Shown here one piece after another: positions 30,601-32,566 of a stretch of DNA of 64,000 nt. The stretch is from Candidatus Omnitrophota bacterium. GTDB lineage: Bacteria; Omnitrophota; Gorgyraeia; 2-01-FULL-45-10. The DNA lies in the NCBI GenBank assembly GCA_903843285.1, contig CAIMPC010000057.1, positions 6,456 through 70,455 on the forward strand. Direction: 5' to 3'. Below the pieces are notes generated by a model. That model had not been told where the DNA came from and searched no databases. It saw nothing but the letters and a program-made list of their open reading frames with translations. Numbering within the stretch: position 1 is the stretch's first letter; the number at the start of each line of letters is the position of its first letter. A program made the position numbers and the translations under genes.

Positions 30601-30692
30601 TGCCGAGGACTTTGTAAGTCCATGATTAAAGGTCTGGAACCAGGCTCTTCCCTCATAGAGTCAATATCCTGTCTGACATCCAATGTCTTCAT
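633..30692 (-). CDS. Giant (10,019 aa) multi-pass membrane protein: mosaic of TraB/ChaN-like, SecA-like, OpgG-like, TolC-like, OpgH-like GT2 and RelA/SpoT-like domains with repeat arrays
   Basis: Uninterrupted 30-kb ORF with AAGGGG RBS, N-terminal signal-like segment and many TM clusters. SecA motifs: ELRTGGGKT, DETD, GLQQAIE, TTNIAHRGIDI, QTQGRGDR. RSH motifs: AALLHN, IYSPVAERLGL, RPKNVYS, DILGVRV, GYEAVH, HWIYK. Confidence 0.93.
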   Translation of the reverse strand: MKTLDVRQDIDSMREEPGSRPLIMDLQSPRHKIWIRSIAILLVVTFVNQDLIWAQNGSPIWSKAQNATPNFKTPVNVNSPINVPKDVAVTKEVYTAPGDRTIINIQDAHASLGAQESIASVLDSLVTNYDINLVAIEGSSGYVDTSILRTFPDDNIKKNTARHFMGAGKLSAGEFFAITSNKSIALYGIENKPLYRENLDQFRAVYKANNEIKGDIDNLLTALAGLRDKIYSQELKDLTTNSVLHKNGKITFTQRWALVRELAAKTGVDYKNFENLTKLVESLKLEKTISFDRANKERDALIDALSKKAAKQDLEQIVLKSLSFKTGKISNSEYYVFLQEEAERVHIDAEPYKNLIAYTDYITLYESIDLTAIFEEVKNFEDQIKEKLFTGDDQRKLYDIMKCVEFVKDLFDLKLTNGDFGYLATNIDRCNATSVASFIRDASIKYNVTIGAGYDLEKIFNDVPVALDFYKTAEKRNHTILANTIATMKDRRQNVAALITGGYHSQGITELLRKSKTSYIVILPKFDASKGERPYVAILTNKTEPYSDLIDSGKYQVATDKYLGDEAANPGKVTSFIQDIVATSLAQAVMEKKDVESVKKLWIQSYRNAYEELRAKGIIKAEDVAIETKTMADQADFIYTTVSAERDKDGNIANIKTRPSTSREIEEYLISKSGNGKKISNLKTVEDRLAELENSNQATRNLVLHSVAVDIAETMNRAKAKGNFDEEFNRVARRKGINGNDKESVKSAVKKELGIGDGKIAPTSQFPQGAAMTPDGVARLVEMTMCGSVFGATDFNVVVESPVIQPLVSVQTVTSAAPVSVEAPVPVTPIAPAPVLVGASVSAAGEPSAPEVKLPPSSSQTVSKEAAEVDSLRELARGLVKDLREPVLDMRKVVGDIRLALEKRDGKKKAEEIEKLLKEMNVYKDKILLIVRGIPVREKVVSEDLPRYKKALYKSLNKLGKSYYDVPNALAVLIGYADISFVDDSDYFTKIDSNLKRLENILDLLDKLAKSSQSPQLFSIREDEYLHLRDWIADPPSTAEELKTKLELEARTKEYIDEKVATFERTALNPGTVAKDNFRHSEEGQRSTEESKNEILPRSARQDDGRSLLHPSAPSLQNDAEFGISQQSHTLLLAMVIGATLFISGCGSTSQVASSYNTAKAMAGPTREKTQIGEVEATPTAISKETVLSHDESKANIPISSGQFALDQKKLSDAANKYFADMANKDYFQDIAKKFKIKGDTSADPLLLSSAIVNGTLVLRDNDDFSLRNMPQNRIEKFSDIVSSVWENVDKASLPNYIKSKSNKELQKILFATSVFDPETYLYLEKNNVAILLVSTNWFSGATSGDSFFGWIAKDPRGAKIELRKENSTVSNIGVLVHESVHHRRGDVAKGYGELYLKLLGYLTEIFRDLPSFERATFEAEGKFYKEVLRINVPLKNLSIAYLNQRWTLSFISAVTWITSIALLLLPFFAVKAVQALRAKQTPARTPGRYISRSRGRGDRGFGNVGLVLFGAAGLAVLALVAAPLVTSIGAVISYFPLATAIGTAMAGLVIAGIKLYDGIARLLLNAQRTTARILAPPKAKAQPKEIIPEAVKPIELTPNEIETRLLQETGYSNYRPGQIEAMRELKEGRFTELRTGGGKTITLAGAALSRFRERGERVIIKTHEDALTTQAMEKDNIGDVLSRCGEDVVTGFILPHVTDDGKVEEMGVIFENGVRKETTADEVFDRCAIIYGKWDRFVHRHLKESLGIGRKAMNNHKYFSLSDETDLMLVFGSATPCVISGDKLEDWQDRIVVRRAIDEIVRDTLLTDKSMFYVPEGSKEVSLTDKAHGALRNAVGKYAKDNPKLAELINQNSENFAIDALKAHLFYSIGVQYYFEDGKVYVRDEHTGAKKVGMNFGEGLQQAIEIMAGVDEVSPETYTLASMTIEQFEKNRDLITDYAGASGTMEAKRFESIYPGKEVRTIAGLSQTLDKSAGHTGFKTREDKWTMLAERLNKRLGNGQPILLKVESDAEVKELRNYIEENCEAKLAECGIIINEANGGNAEEFNRAISIAGYGNILTITTNIAHRGIDITIRGRFLNKDGSEGEEVPPLDQLAPGLHVISAYLDESEAFEIQTQGRGDRGTNKGSWEGLFSLDENTLKEHAKLLNQQLAGLRGAIERSDTKLVESLTAEVRDRIASEKNRSDEKRRAYEQEVFLYQQQVLNLLSMTASKDEFVKFLRETGSYEGLRAGVKSDSELDSKIADLQVLIQKKLTDELSKFQTEQQSTRKRLEYLASQSRVGLKGAFVQFDKELSNAAFLARNFNNKISDIKDFITVIVASAMGSEVENIQETRPYSFTNLLSEGFVKTAASIILVLGIGTLFARYGLSSFTKELLDPIIQSLISQPVIAGVATASLLIITVYFSQIYGKKIGQLDTSTTDFMRFTAGVGKGSFLNALIRWTGVMALQLLAGPGLFTAAGTLIAAVAHPVIAVGSLALPAIPLAFGAAVMAFLANVILIGLFRKDLSKVTDVTPTRFESGVNSLVRAMVISVSVLFAIQIAGGSLFITSVSLGAIAISSLAANVVGREAERGFFRARWPMYIGNALGIIVGAGLVTLSSLFGSAGMLSSISVAPLISVPMAVIGVLAIIFQFVQAAKLGQEALSAKQSYWRTFAESFIPSSRNILMYAMAIPAAFVIFSGVMQTALFVSAIGVTAILINKYGVNIEKMMGRATSEYFSGMLGKVAVASAIAVPMVVYPVVAYAQEGQKVLGEIGSGKKVDPAAVTAAISRMRDSSQRANGWRTLGRNVGNVVDEAANGRIITTVAAAPREVAQAKPQRERAPPADALDKILDHGALRKLFSDYEHIPVADQKLQNERYMNRLEAIVSSPGYSQSGYLAKLAASARVPTAPVVTVSTQKVEQTPNLQGYATDIVYPDIDWLVQSKPSDPDHNVPIPLLIYNNKAEKYTRFQHRNGHDMGQIQIFHKATGQRTFSGAEILAFDGNGHMTFIARGLSVGANMNIGTITQASIGKIRQSVYQIFFNVDTEHYTGTIRMILKPAGDSISISLTSDLTMKKDVNPATDMQSNFLHAVLGLKDPMKKGQKIALNRNLVVNKDGLKAVPVVSRIAPSAQPSVRLPVAMPSAQPNVAPLTQRPSVTYPSRYQASAMNASNMQMLNESITYAMRNVASSEQGRPRSENLRARVATAMRDYKLTVPGFVDLFERNRDPYAAYTNAGLGTVTLIKATPGTVLMPEQEIGSIPEEALRKHAENDLICAMMSAYQEYEKSERDEVANTALAGDLQTRCDEMYKNHRSSDAVRYKATRMLSAAKDKLREAKFKKQECLKLIKALRGESLSTGLTIDIRKTDQDRSLFENLLSDGLSGTPELELNKIFGYLPNGWGLDVKPPDVVKAIYVNYQQSLYEFGLNIHISLYQLKYIQEEIAAANKYIASLQAELDIKGNDEKFISQEDEILLVDKLQQARARLNDLLNRKDKFILDLGKAGIDARKLRPEEINDKMMVFERSRAIENRLSHDLPVLRKNGVNPPELLQALRAHVANQGNISDFGNLLFNYDAATSRASIRLELKQLLYDNVRARGINLPVDQIEVMRQDVEVAKAQKDIALSNRYDQILRQYLEYSASRTRLKQIKDKLIKAEELLRAIKEQNLDLKVKFDTGLRDELRVTEDIERMKTDLQAAEKENRVNEMVLGEILAPYSITIDEIKVPNFSLKDMKYHLSKFFPRGHDGDAKIWFIRSRIIGLATRVKVAQAGGGLVEFMELGPADPDSIVSARNDLNQAIKESRNLLIDMINTYQREWVNLTGANRAIAEIVKERDDSRRKLDEIKDKKSLPESDRIKADVELKDKEERLAVAEKDKLRLEESFALAGLDLNALTGLTNVANATNLPDEMKALAYLVNNKAEAMRRGTAVEINENQIFGFKRFNTPGSYINMLDGLPYEAGFSGLSGMLSYMDSVVYGQNLQNARRDENFPLLSRLVELGERADWASLFSRYRTAKANIENINNDLEKARSEKIKIEMLDAVGQKPLKEKSDAYKFTIDVIRNLEEKKIEAERVCSDLAYSMLMKLQTSGGAEFILQLLNEPKAQNVPKVTEINMDRAEDSDISLEIDSKTLAPDQSGGQLVLARERLRSYMRLLTDDWSAQYRATLSSGERKEIAWAELQQIRDQYEHNPPTVSMEKYNRVWLDWLEAKADFDKNLGMFKHKSEELITYLRWFGLDKKADGIRVATVSIDDDVKAESLKREKSEQARAEWIRKYAEWEEVGRQERADSDSKKLRAIPVKKAALVDKISTIVSNEDASGKNLLKWEDIVSRVNSNYVSRLLERSEMIAKPLGIGKDVEKIKALAACFEAYRLTANLNEEESLKYLDEYIFVCESVLPRVRRAIGGNGKLPREFSRFFDPNLGMAGAVDPSLMGLLSNYARMSTTLQSPHYVSPSAKMTAIDVADARKEVLGKFQSDKKYFVWYKNLCKAGTPNAVADMVRRSGIARNEFTSWWISFYRDNDRYEWGKLDKDLEPFTRELLQPVAERLHSRKVSTSDNGEDIGLLNSLARQFMLNKWISIEDFRQAAKDPEFRKELGLRLDEITSLLVTLKEDLNLRADSSDPKREMYKHLSDNQLSVLPEANMVNWLDTLLAEENNRINRRPGMGALIEGHIRDEKRRFESIRTIGDSLYWTKFGRDNNLSASEIITLRDKFDKFFSNINRTLREANMNPLNPGDPEIQGFITATIFGLMGDPDATVAWKDFFDKEGNINTPAQKANVVELFGTVLPNLKGSLASVGLSPKEINDYATAIARDLVVDPSVWKNFFNSDGRIRNIGNINELFKSVLPSLKLALKKSGFTRREIKDNAMAMARDMVENKAKSPWIKNGWIKVAAYGNARTIKIDAITVKHIFKVAGDIATQAVLPGAKRIPGLLGRDATSKGIRMSIAMDMEANKKKSAWIKNRWIYEDESRPGKPIIIDADAVNHILRINAELAELAKSKNKNIHRLAGNSSIVQGRRITTAMDIVAKAQRSVWVRNKWIYEDESRPSKPITINAGEVNHIYGVTDKLALEAVRCNVEKFKGDDPVSEGRRMSASMDMEAKKKKSAWVKNKWIQMTGAIINPEAVNQIYECEHTIELEATKLGIKELIGDDPDAQGRRIAIAIDLMVKPRTWAGYFDRNGKVPDEASGRNLVKLYTIVMPNLERSVGEYLPLDEGEKNGILMAIGRVITVKPESWKDFFDSNGNAVNKLLVRILFQAVATDRGMERIQKFLKHIDTWYMLESAEEIFQKGAAMAEAKYFAIQVIDADELKGDIDNFNNGIIDFSALKEKIEAYRDEDFSLREQVHDASRKWSKEYDVNVWVYAKGLSYFSKAVRKAIREYGPRYELATGKALTVDALFENVAYAKKIRLIAGQELLNEIDHSRHPNRLRDNACETVKIKIHDGAGVEKEDAITAYDYIKGLPKASDGSNIGPKGKATEGLMNEDVTFGEAISQGMKYMFRKRYTIDTRGLVRETAAEMYLQAVYMLHNRDELGAPVRLNMSDASNLVETAERERYQKEVMGSFILNESLYTKKEKELPSVIADGLMKDYIGKLSDDRLKAFLYLMTQPVFDTRTLVDNLMDVNGLSNIRISGYADRYHNLKRVDVEGKIRTGLVDKIKAALPLSTPGQRRGFVARMYIKALESRKAGKGFNDIKWIKDTFEDIAWAQGENYANMQTFIGWENIFPVLSQLRLESDELMTWVQKFQAHKKFETAFKADLAFMGLFLGSERYDDIAFILRKWRIDFGRFPSPGRAVSELKEFEALTSDLMPFKLTPAQVAAKKGELIEGQSSVSKSFRGFLGRIICDGNPSIAMEQALGVIDTKCEELDKVITPSLRTFLIAAELRKKEAVEDIYVRFNAKHSVLVDYERKVNDERKEKIQEAIVIEKDPARKERVLKSLMEKARLLDVPIDEDEAGILLHKMTGLGYDEDGVILVYEVLPVKVREIYKKAYGKGDAQLTTDDKSNISTLAESIGEKAVFMYSRHREDMERSIRKEKIDYIAAKLKVPGLSPERKRGLEDLKNEAGLWSFKNHIGIEMNLLEEVLRLSRLTKDQFNELGIYLTDDETRKLATNAVMSGLGEDDIRNLVDRTKDTYKMIMDATASARIVDPKVDMQDVLYLVDTWFKVGLIEKSDTFKIGDASQVDALAQSIAPRLEGIGIDKSVIHNIAAELSAHHIISAPAQIDMVVDEYDTVPIASAIRPYLSRVEPSIVEDASVNEVSTRIRDSLGNRINSIDDVKKALMKEDGLKADAQEISERIITELCVHNIRISGIIAIIKPELKRVGIANDKEIADIAHEILRKDINPTVVKMLTARAIALKNEIAEAVRIENAKSVQNPTSSPRSLYDIAQEITTKQLFTYLDENAVMGATNTLGSLETLKYDRDSFERIVTRPINAMDRQRVEGRLRGEVSEGGVPKYVREKNWSKFEKFRQYLWEKFRWGNLNSVFVLTVLVVVGTYITGLGKKRYNDGIIARLKPKPAEPPADEELLTKHLKMNEVARLLDPVEAERRLENVVESLAITQKHFLYHWFNTVVTAALVLTILACYNYNNFMASNLILYTVTTWWLLAIIPGVYLSSAGIMLFNNVVKPGRSLLEPEFRRTDITEQGKIPDDEKTMIHMAFPMRKEKDLATGVLKDMPNFNSVMGDGTAEGIGAVEKMMEEARDPNGNRDYNLYFDLLIQVFGGSGTEGEEHYKATLKLVQERLDAMPEHVRKRVYVHLRRQKMTKPPTHYSVQRWLREDDDEYCKIDPRYNVDPDISKAKNKDQPTLNNEWMNPIVETLGGDPADPDDLRNIRQESINDKSIPPLMRKSRIKNTLVYDPGNLISYAERADHKGEGILYLVSVMADRRNTESFFRGKMIYSDVHATIHSNIMKDFPQTMLGHVAQAQYIIEDSLRAPGKYAYRNEDFYRDMITTNAYQKVWAYYNYLKATDDILPKSEDEVLTILSGKCKYLDRVVIEEDPMFNYGQEARREATRWMYVFDLPQIFVIRIVPFIRDYPVTAAILAGAIPMAVIVGLIGTSLLWMIGWCFGGAVVSTLLLRSLFKEGSNRINAREASGEMWIPRLSPGHRYESDLVVRGLLGEFIWLIQLVLMFKAMFIPGSLDMLFPLIGEFAFLTIIILLTSPKFFPALAKLKSLFTSERNQIYKEHGRIKGTCLFVLQLLKGLVEFVASTTIFLTKIVTKPILLVGQLPVVLKIVYYHIFLPDVKPPTLVWNAAVVGEGNPMISYYLKMFKWTILISLSVILSAYVSYIPYIASLAVQLNGTYFVLSCGIIATIITANIAMYIYAIKNGADKEKWPSEFKKFDTALKIVTYTIPVIFALSFSGFISTNAVWRTSSILASFMFAAGWSWMLGIGKQVNGKYYETRGVEWWTYGIGVGILIISIWVSFFPVDVLRHLVGVIPFTVPMSDGGFSGVMSTLSWQGQMRLPTKFVVFFASMVTSSAVIGILASIIGIIYEIYFVILGRVFAGGARPNLSKTQDKVLKEIAKRLINQFGGRIQPFDKNLIVRTAIFEALFGAGFFSIAALSYGWQDITFRVFVAVGVLCSYLLIHALIKAIALAQINKAMHGRAGPIAWVEISLDNKREIKKSSGFDVLHKLIRRYIEFHENTHYAGYGELVACLVPWIGWFIRPGSVNADEVQSNRNTIDQEYIWNALHSHEKRALLDKYDYDEVKAKKAIYKKVKDLSLEESKIVADKILSEKALSLAKRFADSLRDVRFALAKAQNDEELQVANKAKSALTITIWDSLEPKEQSILLDINNQNITKAQEYLYKKIDEQSQAELKKAVDKILSNEALSLAKQFSLKLIAVRSLIEKAKQETDSVKANAIKERADKEKSDLVEVLFNSLTPEEQLALTDVYGDEKSAKSILYDKVNELNLAELKKAVDKILSNEALSLAKQFSLKLIAVRSLIEKAKQETNSVKANAIKERADKEKSDLVEVLFNSLTPEGRSALVDSYGDKAPAVLYDIVNNLSLAILKKTVNEILSKKVPSLAKQFSSQLITVRISIGKGEANAGSDKAALTITIWDSLEAKEQSILLDINNQDITKAREYLYNKVDEQNLTILKKTVNEILSNQAPSLAKRFADSLRDVRSALAKAKNDEELQSANKAKSELTITIWDSLEAKEQSILFDINNQDITTVRESLYKRVDELSLAISMRVANSVLADEAPSLAKKFADSIRDVSFTLSKAQNGEELQSANKAKSALVENLFKSLTPEGQSALVYIYGDKASDTLYDKVNELNLAELKKAVDEILSKKVPSLAKRFADSLRDVRSAIAKAKNDEELQSANEAKDQLTNDMWQSNRFTDNNRKDIQAVYGDKASTVLYDRVNDLSFEQFKAVAYKALSNKALSLAKRFADSLRDVRFALAKAQNDEELQVANKAKSELTITIWDSLEPKEQSILLDINNQNITKAQQSLYTEVNELCQIRVCESALYATENPVLISIIDFIKRKGGIRTAALTAVPQTPVVSTVDSKLVTDAKGNKIITLENPPTENPPAPLGGAIGHAGNEVVGAQKAIADVINAPDYETAIALVRMNEKGQEEKLLRIISDPTAEYGPEITELETSTKALRDISEGLQQSVGGVVSAHNVPSRVKAAVDLLSDKSAIFFFEPLVAPDTGHLLGLAKVRSEVDANGKHQFKIGLSPEVVRFILTCDLRTIIGYPGLSDAMINKYRRNLIQEYILHEALEALTPRGTHANLVATVRNNRIFIYHKTDNSEKNNPLGLVLGAFIRSQRELQAKAERVAFEQGDEEFYKLLQKHMITISEDLTSVSDINASNRALRNIINLFRAKSTLSSAEVVSAENSITAAFEMAAGNRHSINMAASLARWGIGDERLIVAALLHNIDRKNLRAMLDTIPNYKGTGKIEDIIKAIETLDSTKEKDFAEFLRGENTLEFYMNMMIQLTGSLNSMLLLLAYKLDSVYSAPENAKQKAFKEVEYIYSPVAERLGLYEVASDIIDEAFKAAYPGNYKWTLSQMTVALNGIDVNKKTLREVLVLAAGRLEAYVRLAKRNGLIPKDEDVTVEYRPKNVYSCYKKFINPEKGGKQGYKVEDILGVRVVTQTKDTRDLIARKLCESTRILSSGRMRVGDGLVDPDSPTIHKRGYEAVHITFQCARITMDASGKRQIGSEVPIEMMLMTKENYVSYQNGVYLAGPKTPIPHWIYKLLHLEPTQSLFGHNYPVFKATKPIYGDYTRYFNSTLDFLKDSVYVVYFGLNMQGKVHMQAVELPVSARPLDLAVTMGNNLGDYKGFIPLLKGDPRQDIEERIQKQLSEEALKKDLKKLDERAELKTGQCLIPSPDEKDLLLSRVTFSNTREYVAGVIRPKTALELERRCNSLEPKKIFMDPGKINRGERAVSRTMKDIDLELPVNINKLLGISAEELYFIAGSGYWKPGYKVINCVIDAINNAPRPSAITATRARVRALPRKVAHPFNVEVAMWWSAGFAALGALGAVSMILLSIAASQTHDILPLIGAAVGLTAGLEATAMAIRLWYLNSHITEAFGKYFREYYGVGFDGVDIIMKLPDLSRRTIDSEGRVRIEFFKGFEKIQLRHSEVGQRSTEESPLRGTIPAAIYTESIADSILYRNGFLESARNLIVLHETFKSELTAMLGTMPLISGFFAMRVAEVRAKENIARVHVPSGKKFIIALQKQSGPDNAEADAQNMARVKTIISLMPQPGIIHGADIVTLDLNEFNADVDAGKYNGVFIDNSMLGQGAYNVLTPALSQVVEDASSVIVSSKTREELVKILTEIRRQLKRIEEYNLDEKFKYQLQTSWLNERKEALKIAINVRREGIRFAYNAPLADNPAFAEKTYAVATTEAVASSNMFFADNMSKANAMGVVNCFIYGKEFKTSDEAKAFIRASGYEGDINAIRFVNGFNADGSLRIPYEELITEIGDNRSININNIGIAYAKGEFDSVRPVSGEKLLEVQSVDVGSGKTEIASINYYQTLLNMVTMPNDLLDQLVAEGRLPAGVTYADGIFKYLPRVLPIDYGKEIETYRNAITVIRSAA
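1977..2015. repeat. Half REP unit inserted in frame in the giant gene (encodes RHSEVGQRSTEES)
   Basis: AGATTCTTCGGTCGACCTTTGGCCTACCTCAGAATGACG is nearly identical to the arm at 27420-27458 and to the intergenic MITE copies. Confidence 0.85.
5400..7620 (-). repeat. Eight tandem ~87-98-aa helical repeats within the giant protein (SLAK-anchored)
   Basis: Anchor TTTGC(G/A)AGGGAT at 5602, 5875, 6142, 6418, 6679, 6967, 7261 and 7537. Spacings 273/267/276/261/288/294/276 are all multiples of 3. Confidence 0.92.
15040..16560 (-). repeat. About eight degenerate 60-76-aa Trp-containing repeats within the giant protein
   Basis: WKDFFDKEG and WKNFFNSDG, then four W(I/V)(K/R)NxWI units (two with YEDESRPxKPIxI), then WAGYFDRNG and WKDFFDSNG. 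Confidence 0.75.
27308..27482. mobile_element. MITE with 15-bp terminal inverted repeats, inserted in frame in the giant gene
   Basis: Perfect TIRs GGGACTGTTGCGAAA...TTTCGCAACAGTCCC enclose CGTC-REP arms. The ORF reads through as GTVAKDNFRHSEEGQRSTEES...QNDAEFGISQQSH. Confidence 0.88.
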
Positions 30693-30817
30693 CAGGAATT
30701 ACCCCTTACCATATGTTATCGATATGTGTAGTGACGATATTTATGAACGTCGCGCCGTCTGTATTTATTGAATTGTCATTCATCATCAGCTACCTTTTTA
30801 TTGATACTTACATATTA

Positions 30818-30845
30818 AGTGTATCATAAATTTAGGTTTTGTCAA
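30818..30845 (-). promoter_or_regulatory. sigma70-type promoter of the giant gene
   Basis: Minus strand TTGACA (30845-30840), 16-bp spacer ending in TGa, then TACACT (30823-30818). Flanks are similar to the promoter at 430-458. Confidence 0.65.
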
Positions 30846-30968
30846 TAGGTAATGACTAACTTTTTTAGCTTTTAATTTTGCTATAACTTACTGCTTCACA
30901 ATATGTTATGTAAACTAAAATTTGGAATAAAAAATGCCCTCTTTCCGTAGGGCCAAAAAACTATTAAT

Positions 30969-32264
30969 TTATCTGTATCTGACTCTTAATGGCACACCTT
31001 TAAACTCGTAAGCCTTCCTTATATAGTTCTCGACGTATCTCTGCATATCTCCCGTCATTACTTTAATGTCGGCTACGCCTATAATAAAACCCGGAGGAGC
31101 CGAACCCTCCTGTATAAGGCACTTAAACTTTATTCTCTTACTCGTTATCTGACGGGAATTATTCAATGCCTTGAGCGTTTCATTTAATTTTTCACTCGAT
31201 ATCGTCGTCCTGGACCTGTCGTACACTTCCGAAATGGTATCCAGGCTGTCTTTCACATTTCTACCGCTCTTACATGACATAAAAAGGATCGGTATGTTTC
31301 TTATAACGCTGGCTTCAACCACCAGCGCATCACAATATTTCGACATCTCTATCCCTTTGACCAGGTCCCACTTATTTACAGCTATCACGAGCGGACGACC
31401 CTCCTTAAAGCATAGGTCGATCATGCGCGCATCGTCTTTCTTTAACCCCTCACTACCGTCGATCAACATCATGGCCACATCGGAACGCTTTATAGCTTCC
31501 TGCGAACGCACCCCTCCATAGAAATCGGCCGCACGCTTTATCTTAGGATTGTGCCTGATACCTGCGGTGTCGATAAGAACATAATCTTTATCCTTATAAC
31601 TGAAGTTTACGTCTATCGCGTCTCGCGTAGTGCCTGCCGTCGGATGAACTATGACCCTATCTTCATTGATTAGCATGTTCAAATATGATGATTTACCTAC
31701 GTTGGGCCGTCCTATTATGGCAACCTTTATAAAGCTACCACCCTCCTGCTCGACTGACTTTTCCATATCTTTGACCAGGTCGCCGCATAATTTGTCAATA
31801 CCCTTGTCGTTTAGGGCTGAGACGGCATAGGGTTCGCCGAGGCCGAGCTCAAAAAAATCCATTACACGCCCCGACTGAGATTCATTATCTATTTTATTCA
31901 CAACCAAATATATCTTTTTCGAGGTCTTTCTCAGCATCGATGCCAGATCTCTGTCTAATGGGGTAATGCCCTCCATGCCATCCGTGACAAACAGCATGAT
32001 ATCTGACTCTTCAATGCCTTTCCGGATCTGCTTTATGACTAGTTCCGACATACCATCGGCCGGAATATGCTCAAATCCGGCCGTATCGACCAGAGTAAAG
32101 CCTTTGCCCTTCCACTTTACATCAGCAGATATCCTATCGCGCGTAGTTCCACCCTCAGCCTCCACGATCGCCTTCCTCTGGCCGTGAATAGCATTAAATA
32201 GAGACGACTTTCCAACGTTGGGCCGTCCTACAATAGCAACTTTTGCCTGATTAATCTTATCCAT
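30969..32264 (-). CDS. der: Ribosome biogenesis GTPase Der (EngA)
   Basis: Two tandem G domains (GRPNVGKSS x2, GTTRD, DTAG, NKID/NKWD) plus KH-like tail. Start moved to ATG 32264, which has a GAGAGG RBS. Confidence 0.97.
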   Translation of the reverse strand: MDKINQAKVAIVGRPNVGKSSLFNAIHGQRKAIVEAEGGTTRDRISADVKWKGKGFTLVDTAGFEHIPADGMSELVIKQIRKGIEESDIMLFVTDGMEGITPLDRDLASMLRKTSKKIYLVVNKIDNESQSGRVMDFFELGLGEPYAVSALNDKGIDKLCGDLVKDMEKSVEQEGGSFIKVAIIGRPNVGKSSYLNMLINEDRVIVHPTAGTTRDAIDVNFSYKDKDYVLIDTAGIRHNPKIKRAADFYGGVRSQEAIKRSDVAMMLIDGSEGLKKDDARMIDLCFKEGRPLVIAVNKWDLVKGIEMSKYCDALVVEASVIRNIPILFMSCKSGRNVKDSLDTISEVYDRSRTTISSEKLNETLKALNNSRQITSKRIKFKCLIQEGSAPPGFIIGVADIKVMTGDMQRYVENYIRKAYEFKGVPLRVRYR

Positions 32265-32317
32265 TTCGCCTCTCGACTCCAACGTGATAGTTTATCCAAG
32301 AGAAGGAAACTTACTTC

Positions 32318-32397
32318 GTCATCCTGAGCGAAGCCCGATAGGGCGAAGCGAAGGATCTCGTTTTTAGATTCTTCGGCCCCTTCGCCCTCAGAATGAC
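32318..32397. repeat. CGTC-type REP element
   Basis: GTCATCCTGAGCGAAG...GAAGGATCTCGTTTTTAGATTCTTCGG...CTCAGAATGAC, intergenic. Confidence 0.85.
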
Positions 32398-32566
32398 GAG
32401 GGGGAACTTTCTCACGCTAATCTATTACACTCTAGCTACTGTGGGCTTCGTAGGAATAGGTCCTTCGAAGCTCCATTACGGTCTAACTTCAGTAGCGAAG
32501 AAGACCATTCTACTTCGCCTCCATAAGGGAGCGTATTTTACCATGGCGGTGTGCGTTAGGGAAGAT

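Noticed and set aside
32411-32562. Possible ncRNA or additional repeat upstream of der (CCTTCGAAGCT...AGCGAAGAAG)
   Set aside because: Only weak imperfect pairing, a single copy in the window, and no family recognised.
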